DNA of 64,000 bases. Origin: a virus. The stretch covers positions 1-64,000 of IMG/VR virus record IMGVR_UViG_3300020446_001812. One strand, written 5' to 3'. Below are positions 30,738 to 40,818 of the stretch, in pieces (positions within the stretch are counted from its first letter, which is position 1; each line of letters starts with the position of its first letter). The notes below the pieces were generated by a model, which saw only the letters and a program-made list of their open reading frames with translations, was not told the DNA's origin and ran no database searches. Both the position numbers and the translations under genes were made by a program.

Positions 30738-33110
30738 ATGGCATATTCAATAAATTTTACAAATAATGCTGAAAATGATCCTATAGTAATCGAAGACGGC
30801 ACAATAAATCAAACAACAAGTTTAAAATTTCCTGGAAGAGGCGCAACCGGATACGGTGCTGTTATTGCTGAAGACTTATTACACTTATTAGAAAATTTTG
30901 CTAAAAACACTGAACCAAGTAATGCTATTACTGGTCAACTTTGGTTTGATAGTTTAAACAAACAATTACAAATTTATGATGGTACAACTTGGATACCAGC
31001 GGGGGGATTAAAAAGAAGCGATGCTCAACCAGATCCAACTATTGCAAATAGAGGAGACCTTTGGGTTGATATTGAATCTCAGCAATTATATTTGTTTTCC
31101 GGATCAACTTGGGTATTAGTCGGTCCACAATTTAGTCAAGGTCTTACTACTGGAGCTCAACCAGCTACTATAATAGGACAAGATAATATAGAGTATACAG
31201 TAATTGAAATACAAGTTGCCGCAAAAGTAGTAGGTATTATTGCATTTGATACTTTTACTCCAAAAGCAACTGTAATTGGATTTACTACAATTAAACCTGG
31301 TATTAATCTTGCAAACAGAGATACTGACGGAGACGGTATAAATGACGTAAAATTTTATGGTATTGCAGAGAGAGCAGAAAATTTAATTGTAAGCGACTTG
31401 CCTATTCCTGCTGCAAATTTTTTACGCGGAGATACAGAATCAACAACAACTTTTCCGTTGAATATTCAAAATAACACAGGATTAGCATATGGCATAAACG
31501 GTGAAATGAATATAGGTATTGAAGGTAGTGCAGGAGTGATACAGCACAACATTGAAGGATCTAATATTGATATGCGTGTTAGGAACAGTGGTGCAAGCAA
31601 CACTGTTTTAAGGGTTGATAGTAGTTTAAGAGTTGGAGTCAATAACGAAGCACCTAACGAAGCATTAGATGTAACTGGAAATGTCCTAATAAGCGGAACA
31701 TTGAAGACAAACGATGTAACAGAAAGTACTTCTATTAGTAACGGAAGTATTGTAGCCAAAGGCGGTATTGGTGTTGCAAAAACAATAAATGTTGGTGAAA
31801 ATATAAGAGTACAAAAAGGCATTACTTTAGGAAACAACGACCTTACAGTTGATACTACTGAAAGTGATTTAATTATGCCTGACTTGAATAATACAAGGAA
31901 TATAGGTAGTAGTACAAACAAATGGCGTGAAATACATGCAACTACTTTTATTGGAGCAGTTGAAGGTCCAGTAAACGGAAGTGTATCAGGAAATGCTGGT
32001 AGTGCAGATAAAATTTCAACTCCTACAACATTTAGAATATCAGGTGATGTAGAAACTGTAGAACAAGTTTTTGATGGACAAGAAGGCGGTAATTTAAAAA
32101 ACTTTGATGTAAGAATTAAAAATACAATTATATCTGGAAAAACGCAAGTTACTGATAGCTTGTCAAATGATGAATTTATTATTGACAGAATAAGCGGAAA
32201 TAATACAGGATTAAGAAGAGTATCTCGACAAACATTATTTTCTAATATAGCTGGACTTTCACCTATAGGGAGTATAATGCCTTATGCAGGCGTAGCCGAA
32301 CCTACTGGTTGGAAATTTTGTAATGGACAAGAATTAAGCACAGGTGTTTTTAGTAGTTTGTTTGAACTAATTGGATATAATTACAAAGCAAAAGATTTAG
32401 TAACAGCAGGCACATTTGCAACTCCTGATTTACGCGGTAGATTTCCTTTAGGTATGCTTACAATGGGCGGCACGGAACCTCCAGTAAAAGAACCAGATCT
32501 TGCAATAGTTGCAGGTAATCAAGTATCACCAGTTACAACAGTTTCAGATCAATTCAGCATTAATGGTGTAACAGTTACTTTGACAGGCACAAATTTAGCA
32601 AGTGCAATTTTAGATATTACAAATGCGGCAATACCAGGAGTTAGTGCGGCAAACAATGGTAACAATCAATTACAAATTACAGGTACAGATGTAGACATTG
32701 TTTTAGCAAACGTCACTAATACACCATTGGCAGATTTAGGTTTTATAGCGGCAACCACATTAAAAATTAAAAGTCCTGATCCTAGGGTTCGAAGTGCTAA
32801 TTCAACAGTGTTAGGAGCAGTTGATGGATCAGACGATGTTACAATTAATATTGACAACCTGCCTGAACACCAACATGATTTACGAGCAGAAGCTGGACGA
32901 CAGTATTTGGCTATTAGTGCTGTTGATGGTAGAGCAGGAGATAAACCAGGAGACGCATCATTAAGTAAGATTCAAACTGGTCCAGATGAGTTGACACAAA
33001 CAATTAGTAATAGTGGAGGTGTATTGAATAACACAACAGGTGAAGAAATGAATGTTATGAATCCTTATCAAACAATTAATTATATTATATATACAGGAGT
33101 TGTAGCATGA
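30738..33110 (+). CDS. tail fibre with phage tail-collar domain (short-fibre gp12-like C-terminus)
   Basis: Shared N-terminal LLENFA..P....GQLWFD module; collar motif PIGSIMPYAG..PTGWKFCNGQ..LF.LIG..Y..PDLRGRFPLG; tip LPEHQH and NPYQTINYII. Confidence 0.85.
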   Translation: MAYSINFTNNAENDPIVIEDGTINQTTSLKFPGRGATGYGAVIAEDLLHLLENFAKNTEPSNAITGQLWFDSLNKQLQIYDGTTWIPAGGLKRSDAQPDPTIANRGDLWVDIESQQLYLFSGSTWVLVGPQFSQGLTTGAQPATIIGQDNIEYTVIEIQVAAKVVGIIAFDTFTPKATVIGFTTIKPGINLANRDTDGDGINDVKFYGIAERAENLIVSDLPIPAANFLRGDTESTTTFPLNIQNNTGLAYGINGEMNIGIEGSAGVIQHNIEGSNIDMRVRNSGASNTVLRVDSSLRVGVNNEAPNEALDVTGNVLISGTLKTNDVTESTSISNGSIVAKGGIGVAKTINVGENIRVQKGITLGNNDLTVDTTESDLIMPDLNNTRNIGSSTNKWREIHATTFIGAVEGPVNGSVSGNAGSADKISTPTTFRISGDVETVEQVFDGQEGGNLKNFDVRIKNTIISGKTQVTDSLSNDEFIIDRISGNNTGLRRVSRQTLFSNIAGLSPIGSIMPYAGVAEPTGWKFCNGQELSTGVFSSLFELIGYNYKAKDLVTAGTFATPDLRGRFPLGMLTMGGTEPPVKEPDLAIVAGNQVSPVTTVSDQFSINGVTVTLTGTNLASAILDITNAAIPGVSAANNGNNQLQITGTDVDIVLANVTNTPLADLGFIAATTLKIKSPDPRVRSANSTVLGAVDGSDDVTINIDNLPEHQHDLRAEAGRQYLAISAVDGRAGDKPGDASLSKIQTGPDELTQTISNSGGVLNNTTGEEMNVMNPYQTINYIIYTGVVA

Positions 33111-35029
33111 GTTATAAACTAAACAAAACTGACGGATCTTTACTTGTAGAACTTCAAGACGGTGCAATAGATACAACAAGCTCTGATTTAACTTTAGTTG
33201 GTAGAAATTATAAAGGTTTTGGGGAATTCCTTAACGAAAATTACATAAAATTATTAGAAAATTTTGCATCTACAAGTGCTCCTAATAATCCTATATCAGG
33301 ACAACTTTGGTTTGATACATCAGACGCTCGTCTAAAAATTTATGACGGTACTACTTTTAGGGTAGCAGGCGGTCCTACTATAAGTGCTACACAACCTAAT
33401 ATGATTGCAGGCGACTTATGGATTAATAATGAAGAAAATAAATTATACTTTTTTGATGGCACTGAGATTGTAGCTGTAGGACCTAATTACAGTGCATCGC
33501 AAGGCAAAACATTATTAGAAGCTATTACAATGATTGATACTAGTGGACAAACCAGAGCTATTTTAGCTCAATATGTCCAAGGTAATTTAGTAGGAATACA
33601 TAGTAAAGCTGAATTTACACCGAGAACAGAAGATGTTCTTTTACCTTATCCAGCTGGTAGAGTTATTAAGGTTGGATTTAATCCGTTATACAAAGTAGAT
33701 GATGGTGATAATATTGCATATAGATGGCATGGCATTGCAGAGACAGCAGAAAATTTAGTTGACGGATCAGGCCAGAGTTTTGGTTCTATAGATTTTGTAA
33801 GAACAAATGAAAGAGATAGCCAAAACGTTATTGTAGACCAAACAATGGACGGAGGTTTATTTGTAAAAGGTGAAACTGGATTAAAAGTTGGTTTTGGTGA
33901 TACACAATATGGCGTATTAAAGGTTTTAGAAACAGATACCAAAACTGTTTTGGATATAGTAGAACAAAACAAAGATTTTGCTATTAGAAGAAAAGTAGGA
34001 AATGACTTTATAGATGCATTAACATTAGATACAAGCACAGGAAGATTTGGTTTATTTAACAACGCACCGACAGTAGAACTTGATGTAACAGGAAACGGAA
34101 AAATTTCAGGTGATTTAACTGTTACAGGAAACTTAAATATTACTGGAACTACATTTGCTGTTGATACTGTAAACATGCGTATCAAAGATCCACAAATAAA
34201 TTTAGGTGTGTCAGAAGATTCTACTGAACTAACAGATCCTCAAGTTGATGGCGGAGGATTTGTAATTAATAGTTTAAATGGTAGTAAAGATTTTGTGTGG
34301 CGTAACGCAACAGGAAACTTTACAAGTAATCAAAATATAGATCTTGAATTAGGAAAATCTTTTAGAATTAACAATAATAATGTATTAACTGCTAATACGT
34401 TAGGTAGCGGTGTTATCAATAGTTCTTTAACAAGTGTTGGTACTTTAACTTCATTAAATGTAAACGGAAATGCAGAAGTTGGCAGTTTAAGTTCTTACGG
34501 TCCTTTAAGTATTAGTTCCACTAGTGATATAACAATTAACAATCAAAAAATTACTGGAGTTTCCACACCTACAGGCAGTACAGATGTTGCTACTAAAGGT
34601 TATGTAGATAGTCAAATTGAACAGGATACATTGCCAATAGGTTTAGATATAACTGGTTTTACAAATCCAAACCCTCCAGGAACAGTAGCAGGACCAACGA
34701 CAGACGTAAGAAGTGTTTTGCAAAGCATTTATCCTGCGTCAAGTTCAAGTAATGGTAAAGTTGCAAAAATACACTGCACATCTTATGCAAATTCAGTAGT
34801 ATCAGGTATACAAGTTACAGTTGGTACTTCACCTGACGCAACAAAAGTTTTACAAAAATCAAGTATTGCAGTAGATGCAGCTGGTACACAAAACCAGACT
34901 GTAATACAAGATTTAGCGGCAACAAACACTGCATCAGGTACAGTGGCTTTATCACCTGATAGATACACAATGACATTTACAATTACAGGGGGCGTGTGGA
35001 CACACAACAGCACAGTAGCATATCCGTAA
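33107..35029 (+). CDS. tail fibre protein (paralog 2)
   Basis: Same N-terminal module (LLENFAS..P..PISGQLWFD, GDLW); Thr/Ser/Gly-rich beta repeats; DVATKGYVD fibre motif. Confidence 0.8.
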   Translation: MSYKLNKTDGSLLVELQDGAIDTTSSDLTLVGRNYKGFGEFLNENYIKLLENFASTSAPNNPISGQLWFDTSDARLKIYDGTTFRVAGGPTISATQPNMIAGDLWINNEENKLYFFDGTEIVAVGPNYSASQGKTLLEAITMIDTSGQTRAILAQYVQGNLVGIHSKAEFTPRTEDVLLPYPAGRVIKVGFNPLYKVDDGDNIAYRWHGIAETAENLVDGSGQSFGSIDFVRTNERDSQNVIVDQTMDGGLFVKGETGLKVGFGDTQYGVLKVLETDTKTVLDIVEQNKDFAIRRKVGNDFIDALTLDTSTGRFGLFNNAPTVELDVTGNGKISGDLTVTGNLNITGTTFAVDTVNMRIKDPQINLGVSEDSTELTDPQVDGGGFVINSLNGSKDFVWRNATGNFTSNQNIDLELGKSFRINNNNVLTANTLGSGVINSSLTSVGTLTSLNVNGNAEVGSLSSYGPLSISSTSDITINNQKITGVSTPTGSTDVATKGYVDSQIEQDTLPIGLDITGFTNPNPPGTVAGPTTDVRSVLQSIYPASSSSNGKVAKIHCTSYANSVVSGIQVTVGTSPDATKVLQKSSIAVDAAGTQNQTVIQDLAATNTASGTVALSPDRYTMTFTITGGVWTHNSTVAYP

Positions 35030-35037
35030 GGATAAGA

Positions 35038-35043
35038 TAAATA
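35038..35043 (+). promoter_or_regulatory. late-promoter box (GA)TAAATA
   Basis: Intergenic, upstream of the AAGGGG RBS and ATG 35065. Confidence 0.6.
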
Positions 35044-35064
35044 CTTGCAACAAGGGGTTATATA

Positions 35065-36594
35065 ATGGCGTATACAATAAACAAATATGATACTACCCAG
35101 CTTACAGTAGTGCAGGACGGTACTATTGACCAGACTACAGATATAAAATTAGTTGGTAAAAATTATGCAGGGTATGGTGAAATACAAAATGAAAATTTTG
35201 TTTTCCTTTTAGAAAATTTTGCAGGAGCAAATCAACCACCCAGGGCTATTAAGGGTCAAATTTGGTTTGATAGTGCAAACAGTAAATTAAAATTTTATGA
35301 TGGAGCAAAGTGGCGTACTACAGGTGGTGCAGAAATAAGTGCAACAGCACCTGCAGGTTTGTCGCAAGGTGATTTTTGGTGGGATACAACTAACCAACAA
35401 TTATACGCTTACAACGGCACAGATTTTGTATTAGTAGGACCCCAAGATGCAGGATCTGGTATCACTCAAATGCAAAGTAGAACAGTACGTGATACTGGAG
35501 ATATTAGCAGAAGTATAATTGCAGCCACTGTAAATGATGAAGTTATTTTTATTATTAGCCCAATTGAGTTTACAATAAACAGCACAGATGCAGAAAACGC
35601 CATATCTGGATTTGATGTTGTTAGACAGGGTGTAACATTAAAAAATACACAGAATGCTACCGCAGGAGTAACAAGCACTGATCATCAATTCCACGGAACA
35701 GCATCTAACTCTTTAAAATTAAATGGAATAGATGCAAGTAATTATGTTACAGCAAGCACTGGAGTGCCAACAGTATTTACGGAAATTACAAATTTCCAAA
35801 CAGATGCAGGTATTGCTATAGGTGCAGGACTTGATTTAAAAATATTCATTGAAAATGATAATGAAGGTGTTATACAAAATTCACAAGGTGACGAAATTAA
35901 ATTTCGTGTTAAAGAAAGCGGCGGCGCTAGTGTAAACGTTGTTGACATACGTCCAGGAGCAGTGTTACCAGGAATACAAAGCACTGGACCTACAGTATAT
36001 AAGCAAGTAGATTTAGGATCTACAACAGCAAAATTCCAAAACATATATGTAAACGATACTCCAGGATCAGCTGGAAAAATTTATGGGATATCAGAAAAAG
36101 CAGAATCTTTAATTGTAGGCGGAACAGCTAGAGTAGGAACAGTTGACAGTGACGGTGTTGGAACAGGAAATAGTATTGCTGTGAGAGATGCCGCAGGTAA
36201 TCTTAATGCTGAATTATTTCAAGGAATAGCAACAAGTGCAAGATATGCTGACTTAGCTGAAAAATATACTACAGATAAAGAATATCCAATTGGAACTGCA
36301 ATGTGTGTAGGAGGCGAAGCTGAAGCAACTGCTTGTAAATCAAGCGGAATGTGTATCGGTGTTATATCTGAAAAACCTGCATATTTAATGAATTCAGATT
36401 CAGAAGGACAGGCTATCGGACTAAAAGGTCGTGTTCCTGTGAGAGTCAAAGGAATAATTAAAAAGGGTGATGCTGTGTATGCGTGGGAAGATGGTATATG
36501 TTCTACTGTAGCTACCTCGGCACTAGTTGGTATTGCACTTGAATCAAATGATACAGAAGACGAAAATTTAATAGAGTGTGTATTGAAAGTATAA
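35065..36594 (+). CDS. tail fibre protein (paralog 3) with C-terminal peptidase-G2/chaperone-like domain
   Basis: Same N-terminal module; C-terminal YADLAEKY...GVISEKPAYLMN...GRVPVRV.G...KGD. Confidence 0.8.
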   Translation: MAYTINKYDTTQLTVVQDGTIDQTTDIKLVGKNYAGYGEIQNENFVFLLENFAGANQPPRAIKGQIWFDSANSKLKFYDGAKWRTTGGAEISATAPAGLSQGDFWWDTTNQQLYAYNGTDFVLVGPQDAGSGITQMQSRTVRDTGDISRSIIAATVNDEVIFIISPIEFTINSTDAENAISGFDVVRQGVTLKNTQNATAGVTSTDHQFHGTASNSLKLNGIDASNYVTASTGVPTVFTEITNFQTDAGIAIGAGLDLKIFIENDNEGVIQNSQGDEIKFRVKESGGASVNVVDIRPGAVLPGIQSTGPTVYKQVDLGSTTAKFQNIYVNDTPGSAGKIYGISEKAESLIVGGTARVGTVDSDGVGTGNSIAVRDAAGNLNAELFQGIATSARYADLAEKYTTDKEYPIGTAMCVGGEAEATACKSSGMCIGVISEKPAYLMNSDSEGQAIGLKGRVPVRVKGIIKKGDAVYAWEDGICSTVATSALVGIALESNDTEDENLIECVLKV

Positions 36595-36597
36595 ATA
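36590..36597 (+). promoter_or_regulatory. T4-consensus late promoter TATAAATA
   Basis: Exact T4 late consensus overlapping the upstream stop; AAGGA RBS and ATG 36620 follow. Confidence 0.7.
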
Positions 36598-36619
36598 TAC
36601 GTAGTTTAAAGGAATTATT

Positions 36620-37534
36620 ATGGCAGTAACAGTAGGACAAACCATAGGTGAAACAGAATACACAACTTTAAGAAGTGGTATTCAAACAATTATGGGAACT
36701 CCAGCAGGAACTGGAGATGCGTCAACAGGGTACAACCAAACAATTGATGCTCCTAGTGTTAGTGTTGGTACAACAATCACTGCAACACAGTGGAATAACT
36801 TAAGAAGCGATATTAGAAAAGCATCTGCACACCAAGCAGGTGGTTCTAACGCTGTAGCATTACCAACAGTTGATGTTGATACAGGTATTACTGCAAGTAT
36901 ACACAATGACTTTGAAAATGCATTAACAACAGTAACAGCAAATAGATTTGTTTTAGCAACTGACCAGAGTACATTGAATACTGCGGCAAATCCTACTATT
37001 AGTAATTGGAACGGAATACAAACGCATGATTTAGAATTAACATGGGCAAGTCAAAATGATATGAAAGCATTTTGGAACGCAGGTGGTTCAGTAAAAGTTG
37101 CAAGTACTTTGTCCTATACAGGTAGCGAAGCAAAAACACTAGATTGGAAATCAATGTTAAACGATTCGCCACATGTAACTATCAACTACACACAGGCATT
37201 TGCAGACGGTGGAGGATCGACTGGTACAATTACTGACATAGGTTTTTATGATTTAAATACTAACGGAAACGAAGTACAAATATTTCAAAGACCGGGTATT
37301 ACACCATACAGTGAAAATGATTATCAAATATTCATTAGATATATAACTAACGGCGTTAGAGTACGTGTTGTATTTAGAGATGATGATGTAGGAGATCAAA
37401 CTGGATCAGGCGCACCGCAAGATGAGAATGTAAAGGGTACTCTAACTAGTGCTATCTATTACAGAAGAGCTACAGGGTCTAATGTTGAAGTAACTGCGCC
37501 TAGTGTAGCTAACGGTTCTGGCAATACATTCTAA
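36620..37534 (+). CDS. virion structural protein (Thr/Gly-rich, tail-associated)
   Basis: Late promoter, fibre-like composition, ITATQWNNLR.DI...HQ and FWNAGG motifs. Last gene of the structural block. Confidence 0.55.
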   Translation: MAVTVGQTIGETEYTTLRSGIQTIMGTPAGTGDASTGYNQTIDAPSVSVGTTITATQWNNLRSDIRKASAHQAGGSNAVALPTVDVDTGITASIHNDFENALTTVTANRFVLATDQSTLNTAANPTISNWNGIQTHDLELTWASQNDMKAFWNAGGSVKVASTLSYTGSEAKTLDWKSMLNDSPHVTINYTQAFADGGGSTGTITDIGFYDLNTNGNEVQIFQRPGITPYSENDYQIFIRYITNGVRVRVVFRDDDVGDQTGSGAPQDENVKGTLTSAIYYRRATGSNVEVTAPSVANGSGNTF

Positions 37535-37541
37535 ATTTCAC

Positions 37542-37570
37542 TTGACTATGAGGGCATTTTAGTGTATACT
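37542..37570 (+). promoter_or_regulatory. sigma70-type promoter opening the enzyme island
   Basis: TTGACT (37542-37547), 17 nt, TATACT (37565-37570); AAGGAG RBS at 37585-37590. Confidence 0.8.
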
Positions 37571-37595
37571 TTTGGTATATGCAAAAGGAGCTTTT

Positions 37596-37943
37596 ATGGA
37601 CGAGAGATTAGAAAAAGCAATAAATTTTTCAAACTTTTTAGATACACAAAACAATCAAAAAAATATTTTTTACAAACAGTATCAAGAAAATTTAATACAT
37701 TATGCATTTGGACATAAATTTGTTGCAACTCCGCAACTTATAAATTTTCTATACACATTTGTAAAAGAACAAGAAAAAACTTGTATACTGATTGATGAAA
37801 ACAATACCCCTGTAGAAATACCTGATGTAAAAAGTTTTGCAAAAGAATTGTTAGGTGTTTACATCTTTGCCTCAAGAAAGTATGCAAAAGATTATAATGA
37901 TATAAAAACACACAGATCAGTTGAAGGATTAACTGACTTATGA
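37596..37943 (+). CDS. hypothetical protein (115 aa)
   Basis: ATG 37596 follows the AAGGAG RBS (the track start 37572 lies too close to the promoter). ATGA-coupled to the next gene. Confidence 0.7.
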   Translation: MDERLEKAINFSNFLDTQNNQKNIFYKQYQENLIHYAFGHKFVATPQLINFLYTFVKEQEKTCILIDENNTPVEIPDVKSFAKELLGVYIFASRKYAKDYNDIKTHRSVEGLTDL

Positions 37944-38788
37944 CACATGGTGTTTTACTTTTTGCATTTAACAACAGTAATATAGATTATGTAAAGCAAG
38001 CAATATATTGTGCAAAACGTGTTAAAAAGCATTTAGGCTTGCAAGTACAATTAGTTACAGATGCTATTGATTATATAGAACAAACATATCCTTTTTATCA
38101 AAAATATATCGATCACATTACATACCAAGAGACGCCAAAATCTGCAAGGAAAAAATTTTATGACGGCATTTACTCAAACAAAACTTTAGAATGGAAAAAT
38201 AGTGCAAGGGACACAGCATACCATTTAAGTATATTTGATAAAACTTTAGTGATTGATACAGATTTAATTATATGTAACAACAAACTCTTAGAATGCTTTA
38301 CAAGCAATCAACAATTTATGATTGCAAAAAAATATAATCTTGTTAACACAAATAAAGTAGAACCTAGTTTTGATAAAATAAGCGATAAAAGTATTCCTAT
38401 GTTTTGGGCTACAATTTTATATTTTGAAAAATCAAAACAATCAAAATTAATTTTTGATTTAGTTTGTCATATAAAAGAAAATTACAACTATTACAGATTA
38501 GTTTATGATATTGTTGAAAAAAAATTTAGAAATGATTTTGCTTTTAGCATAGCAATACATATTATCAATAATTTTCAAAATAATAAAAGCTGGCCCTTAG
38601 CAATTCCAACAGATATGTGGGTATCGACTGACAAAGATATATTGGTAGATATTCAAAATGATAAAATTAAATTACTAGCACATAAAGAGTATGATTATAT
38701 CGTAGTCAAATTACAAGATGCAACTACACATATTATGAATAAATTTAGTCTTAACAAATATATTGATGAGGAATTTAAAAATGAGTAA
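37940..38788 (+). CDS. GT-A fold glycosyltransferase (GT8-like)
   Basis: GVLLFAFN..DYVKQA, FDKTLVIDTD DxD motif, FWATILYF.K, FRNDFAFSIA. Confidence 0.7.
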   Translation: MTHGVLLFAFNNSNIDYVKQAIYCAKRVKKHLGLQVQLVTDAIDYIEQTYPFYQKYIDHITYQETPKSARKKFYDGIYSNKTLEWKNSARDTAYHLSIFDKTLVIDTDLIICNNKLLECFTSNQQFMIAKKYNLVNTNKVEPSFDKISDKSIPMFWATILYFEKSKQSKLIFDLVCHIKENYNYYRLVYDIVEKKFRNDFAFSIAIHIINNFQNNKSWPLAIPTDMWVSTDKDILVDIQNDKIKLLAHKEYDYIVVKLQDATTHIMNKFSLNKYIDEEFKNE

Positions 38789-39590
38789 CGGAATATGTAT
38801 TGTTGCTCAGAACAATAAGCAAACAGACTATGTGAGACAAACATATGGATTAGCACTAAGCATTTTAGCTAGTAACCCTAACACCAATATAAGCATTATT
38901 ACAAACGACATTGTTCAGCAAAAATACAAAAAAGTATTTGACCATATTATAGAAATACCATGGGATGACTTAGCAAAACAGCAATGGAAAATAGAGAATA
39001 GATGGAAAGTTTATCATTGTACTCCTTATAGAAACACTATGGTTTTTGATGCAGACATGTTAGTACTAGATAAAATCAATTGGGATTATCACGATCATAA
39101 TAATTTAGCATTTACAACAAACGTAAGCACGTATAGACAAGAAACAAGTAACAACAGGTATTATAGAAAAACGTTTGATGCAAATCTGTTACCTAACATT
39201 TATACTGCAATGTATTATTTTAAAAAACATCCAGAGGTAAAAGAATATTTTATACTTTTAGAACTTATTGTAAAAAATTGGCAGTATTTTTACAAAAAAT
39301 ACACTAACGTTAAAATGCAAAATTGGTGTAGCATGGATGTAAGTGCCGCCATTGCACTTAAAATATTAGGTATACAATCCTATTGTACTAATGAACAACT
39401 TACATTTACACATTTAAAACCTCACATGCAAAACTTTACACAAGTGCCTAGTAAAATATTTGACGCATGTAAAATTGATATAGATGATGGCATTTATATA
39501 AATGGATATAAACAAAAAGGTGTGTTACATTATGTAGAAGATGATTTTTTAACAGAAGATGTTTTATCTTGGTTAGAGGAGCAAGTCTAA
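38781..39590 (+). CDS. GT-A fold glycosyltransferase (GT8-like), paralog of preceding gene
   Basis: GICIVAQN..DYV, ENRWK....TPY..TMVFDADM DxD motif, FTHLKP, LHY. ATG 38781 with GAGGA RBS. Confidence 0.72.
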   Translation: MSNGICIVAQNNKQTDYVRQTYGLALSILASNPNTNISIITNDIVQQKYKKVFDHIIEIPWDDLAKQQWKIENRWKVYHCTPYRNTMVFDADMLVLDKINWDYHDHNNLAFTTNVSTYRQETSNNRYYRKTFDANLLPNIYTAMYYFKKHPEVKEYFILLELIVKNWQYFYKKYTNVKMQNWCSMDVSAAIALKILGIQSYCTNEQLTFTHLKPHMQNFTQVPSKIFDACKIDIDDGIYINGYKQKGVLHYVEDDFLTEDVLSWLEEQV

Positions 39591-40117
39591 TGTTTTATAT
39601 GCATTACGGAGAAGATGGAAATATTTTGTCAGTTGGTAATTCTATTGATAGTAATTTAAAATATATAGAAATAGACGAACAAATGTTTTTAGACTTCAAC
39701 GAAGGACGAAAACAAACTTTTGAATATAAGGTAATTGAAGATGTAAAACTAAACGGAAAAATGCATGTAGTGCCTGTAAACATAGACTTTATAGATCAGT
39801 TACAACATAAAAAAGGAGTGATTAAAGTAAGTAATAATGAAGATAATTGTATAAAAATTATGCAACATAAAGATAAATGGGAAATTATTAATTGCTTAAA
39901 TAATGAAACATCCTCTATTTTATCAGAAAATGATTACTATAGGGAATATTATATTACAAAAAATACAAACAAATACATCTTACTTGATAAGTTTGAAATA
40001 AATTTAAGAGATTTAGTATTTGAAAACATTTTTATAGAAGGGCACAGTGCGGAAAAGGAAGTTAGTATTATATGTTTTGAAAGTTATTTTAAACATATCC
40101 ATACCATATCAGTATAA
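39590..40117 (+). CDS. hypothetical protein (175 aa)
   Basis: TAATG-coupled start at 39590 with GAGGAG RBS. No motif recognised. Confidence 0.65.
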   Translation: MFYMHYGEDGNILSVGNSIDSNLKYIEIDEQMFLDFNEGRKQTFEYKVIEDVKLNGKMHVVPVNIDFIDQLQHKKGVIKVSNNEDNCIKIMQHKDKWEIINCLNNETSSILSENDYYREYYITKNTNKYILLDKFEINLRDLVFENIFIEGHSAEKEVSIICFESYFKHIHTISV

Positions 40118-40818
40118 TGGATTTTACAAATTTTAAAAATTTAATTACATTTGGTTGTAGTCACACTTGGGGTGCGTGTATGCCTGATATATTTGACCCT
40201 AAGGATAAGCACGGTCAGCAAAGACACGACGGAAAAATATATCCAAGCAAATACGCTTGGGGCAATATCGTTGCTTCATTATTTGGTTTAACGCACAATA
40301 ACCAAGCGATGGCAGGAGCATCAAATAGATACATTTTATACAAAATTTTGAACCATGATTATGATAAAGATGTAGTATGTATACTTTGGTCGCATACACA
40401 CAGGCATACTGTTTTTAAAAGTGAAAAAAGATATGAAAATTGGGGGCCTTTTTCTGTAGACACTAGCAAAGCGGCAAAGATGTGGTATCAGCATTGTTAT
40501 CAAAGTTATGATAGTATTTTAGATACTGCACAGTGTATTAATCATGCAATGCTGTATTTGAATTCAAAGAATATTCCTAATTATCATATTTTGCAAACTA
40601 AACAAGGAAAAGATCTTTTTAAAGGATTTCCCAAAGAACCAATAAGATATATTTTAGATTCAAAAATACAAAATGTATTTTTTGATGAGTTTAGAAGGAT
40701 ACCACCTCTTGCACTTGATAATAAACATGCCGGTGAAAAAGCACATAGGAAATTTGGAAAAGCAGTTGCAAGATCTATCTTAAATAATAAACAAATTACA
40801 ATAGGAGAACTACTATGA
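40117..40818 (+). CDS. SGNH/GDSL-type hydrolase or acyltransferase-like protein
   Basis: Block I FGCSHTWG, block II NQAMAGASN, C-terminal DNKH (DxxH). Confidence 0.7.
   Translation: MDFTNFKNLITFGCSHTWGACMPDIFDPKDKHGQQRHDGKIYPSKYAWGNIVASLFGLTHNNQAMAGASNRYILYKILNHDYDKDVVCILWSHTHRHTVFKSEKRYENWGPFSVDTSKAAKMWYQHCYQSYDSILDTAQCINHAMLYLNSKNIPNYHILQTKQGKDLFKGFPKEPIRYILDSKIQNVFFDEFRRIPPLALDNKHAGEKAHRKFGKAVARSILNNKQITIGELL

Noticed and set aside
943-36906. Numerous antisense ORFs in the track (e.g. 943-1491, 2328-2729, 31466-31921, 33646-34185)
   Set aside because: They are shadows of well-supported genes on the opposite strand, with no RBS, motif or promoter support.
5211-37534. Bacterial T6SS/eCIS or tailocin locus interpretation
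   Set aside because: Linked gp55/gp46/gp47 genes, T4-type late promoters and the absence of T6SS membrane-complex genes indicate a phage genome.
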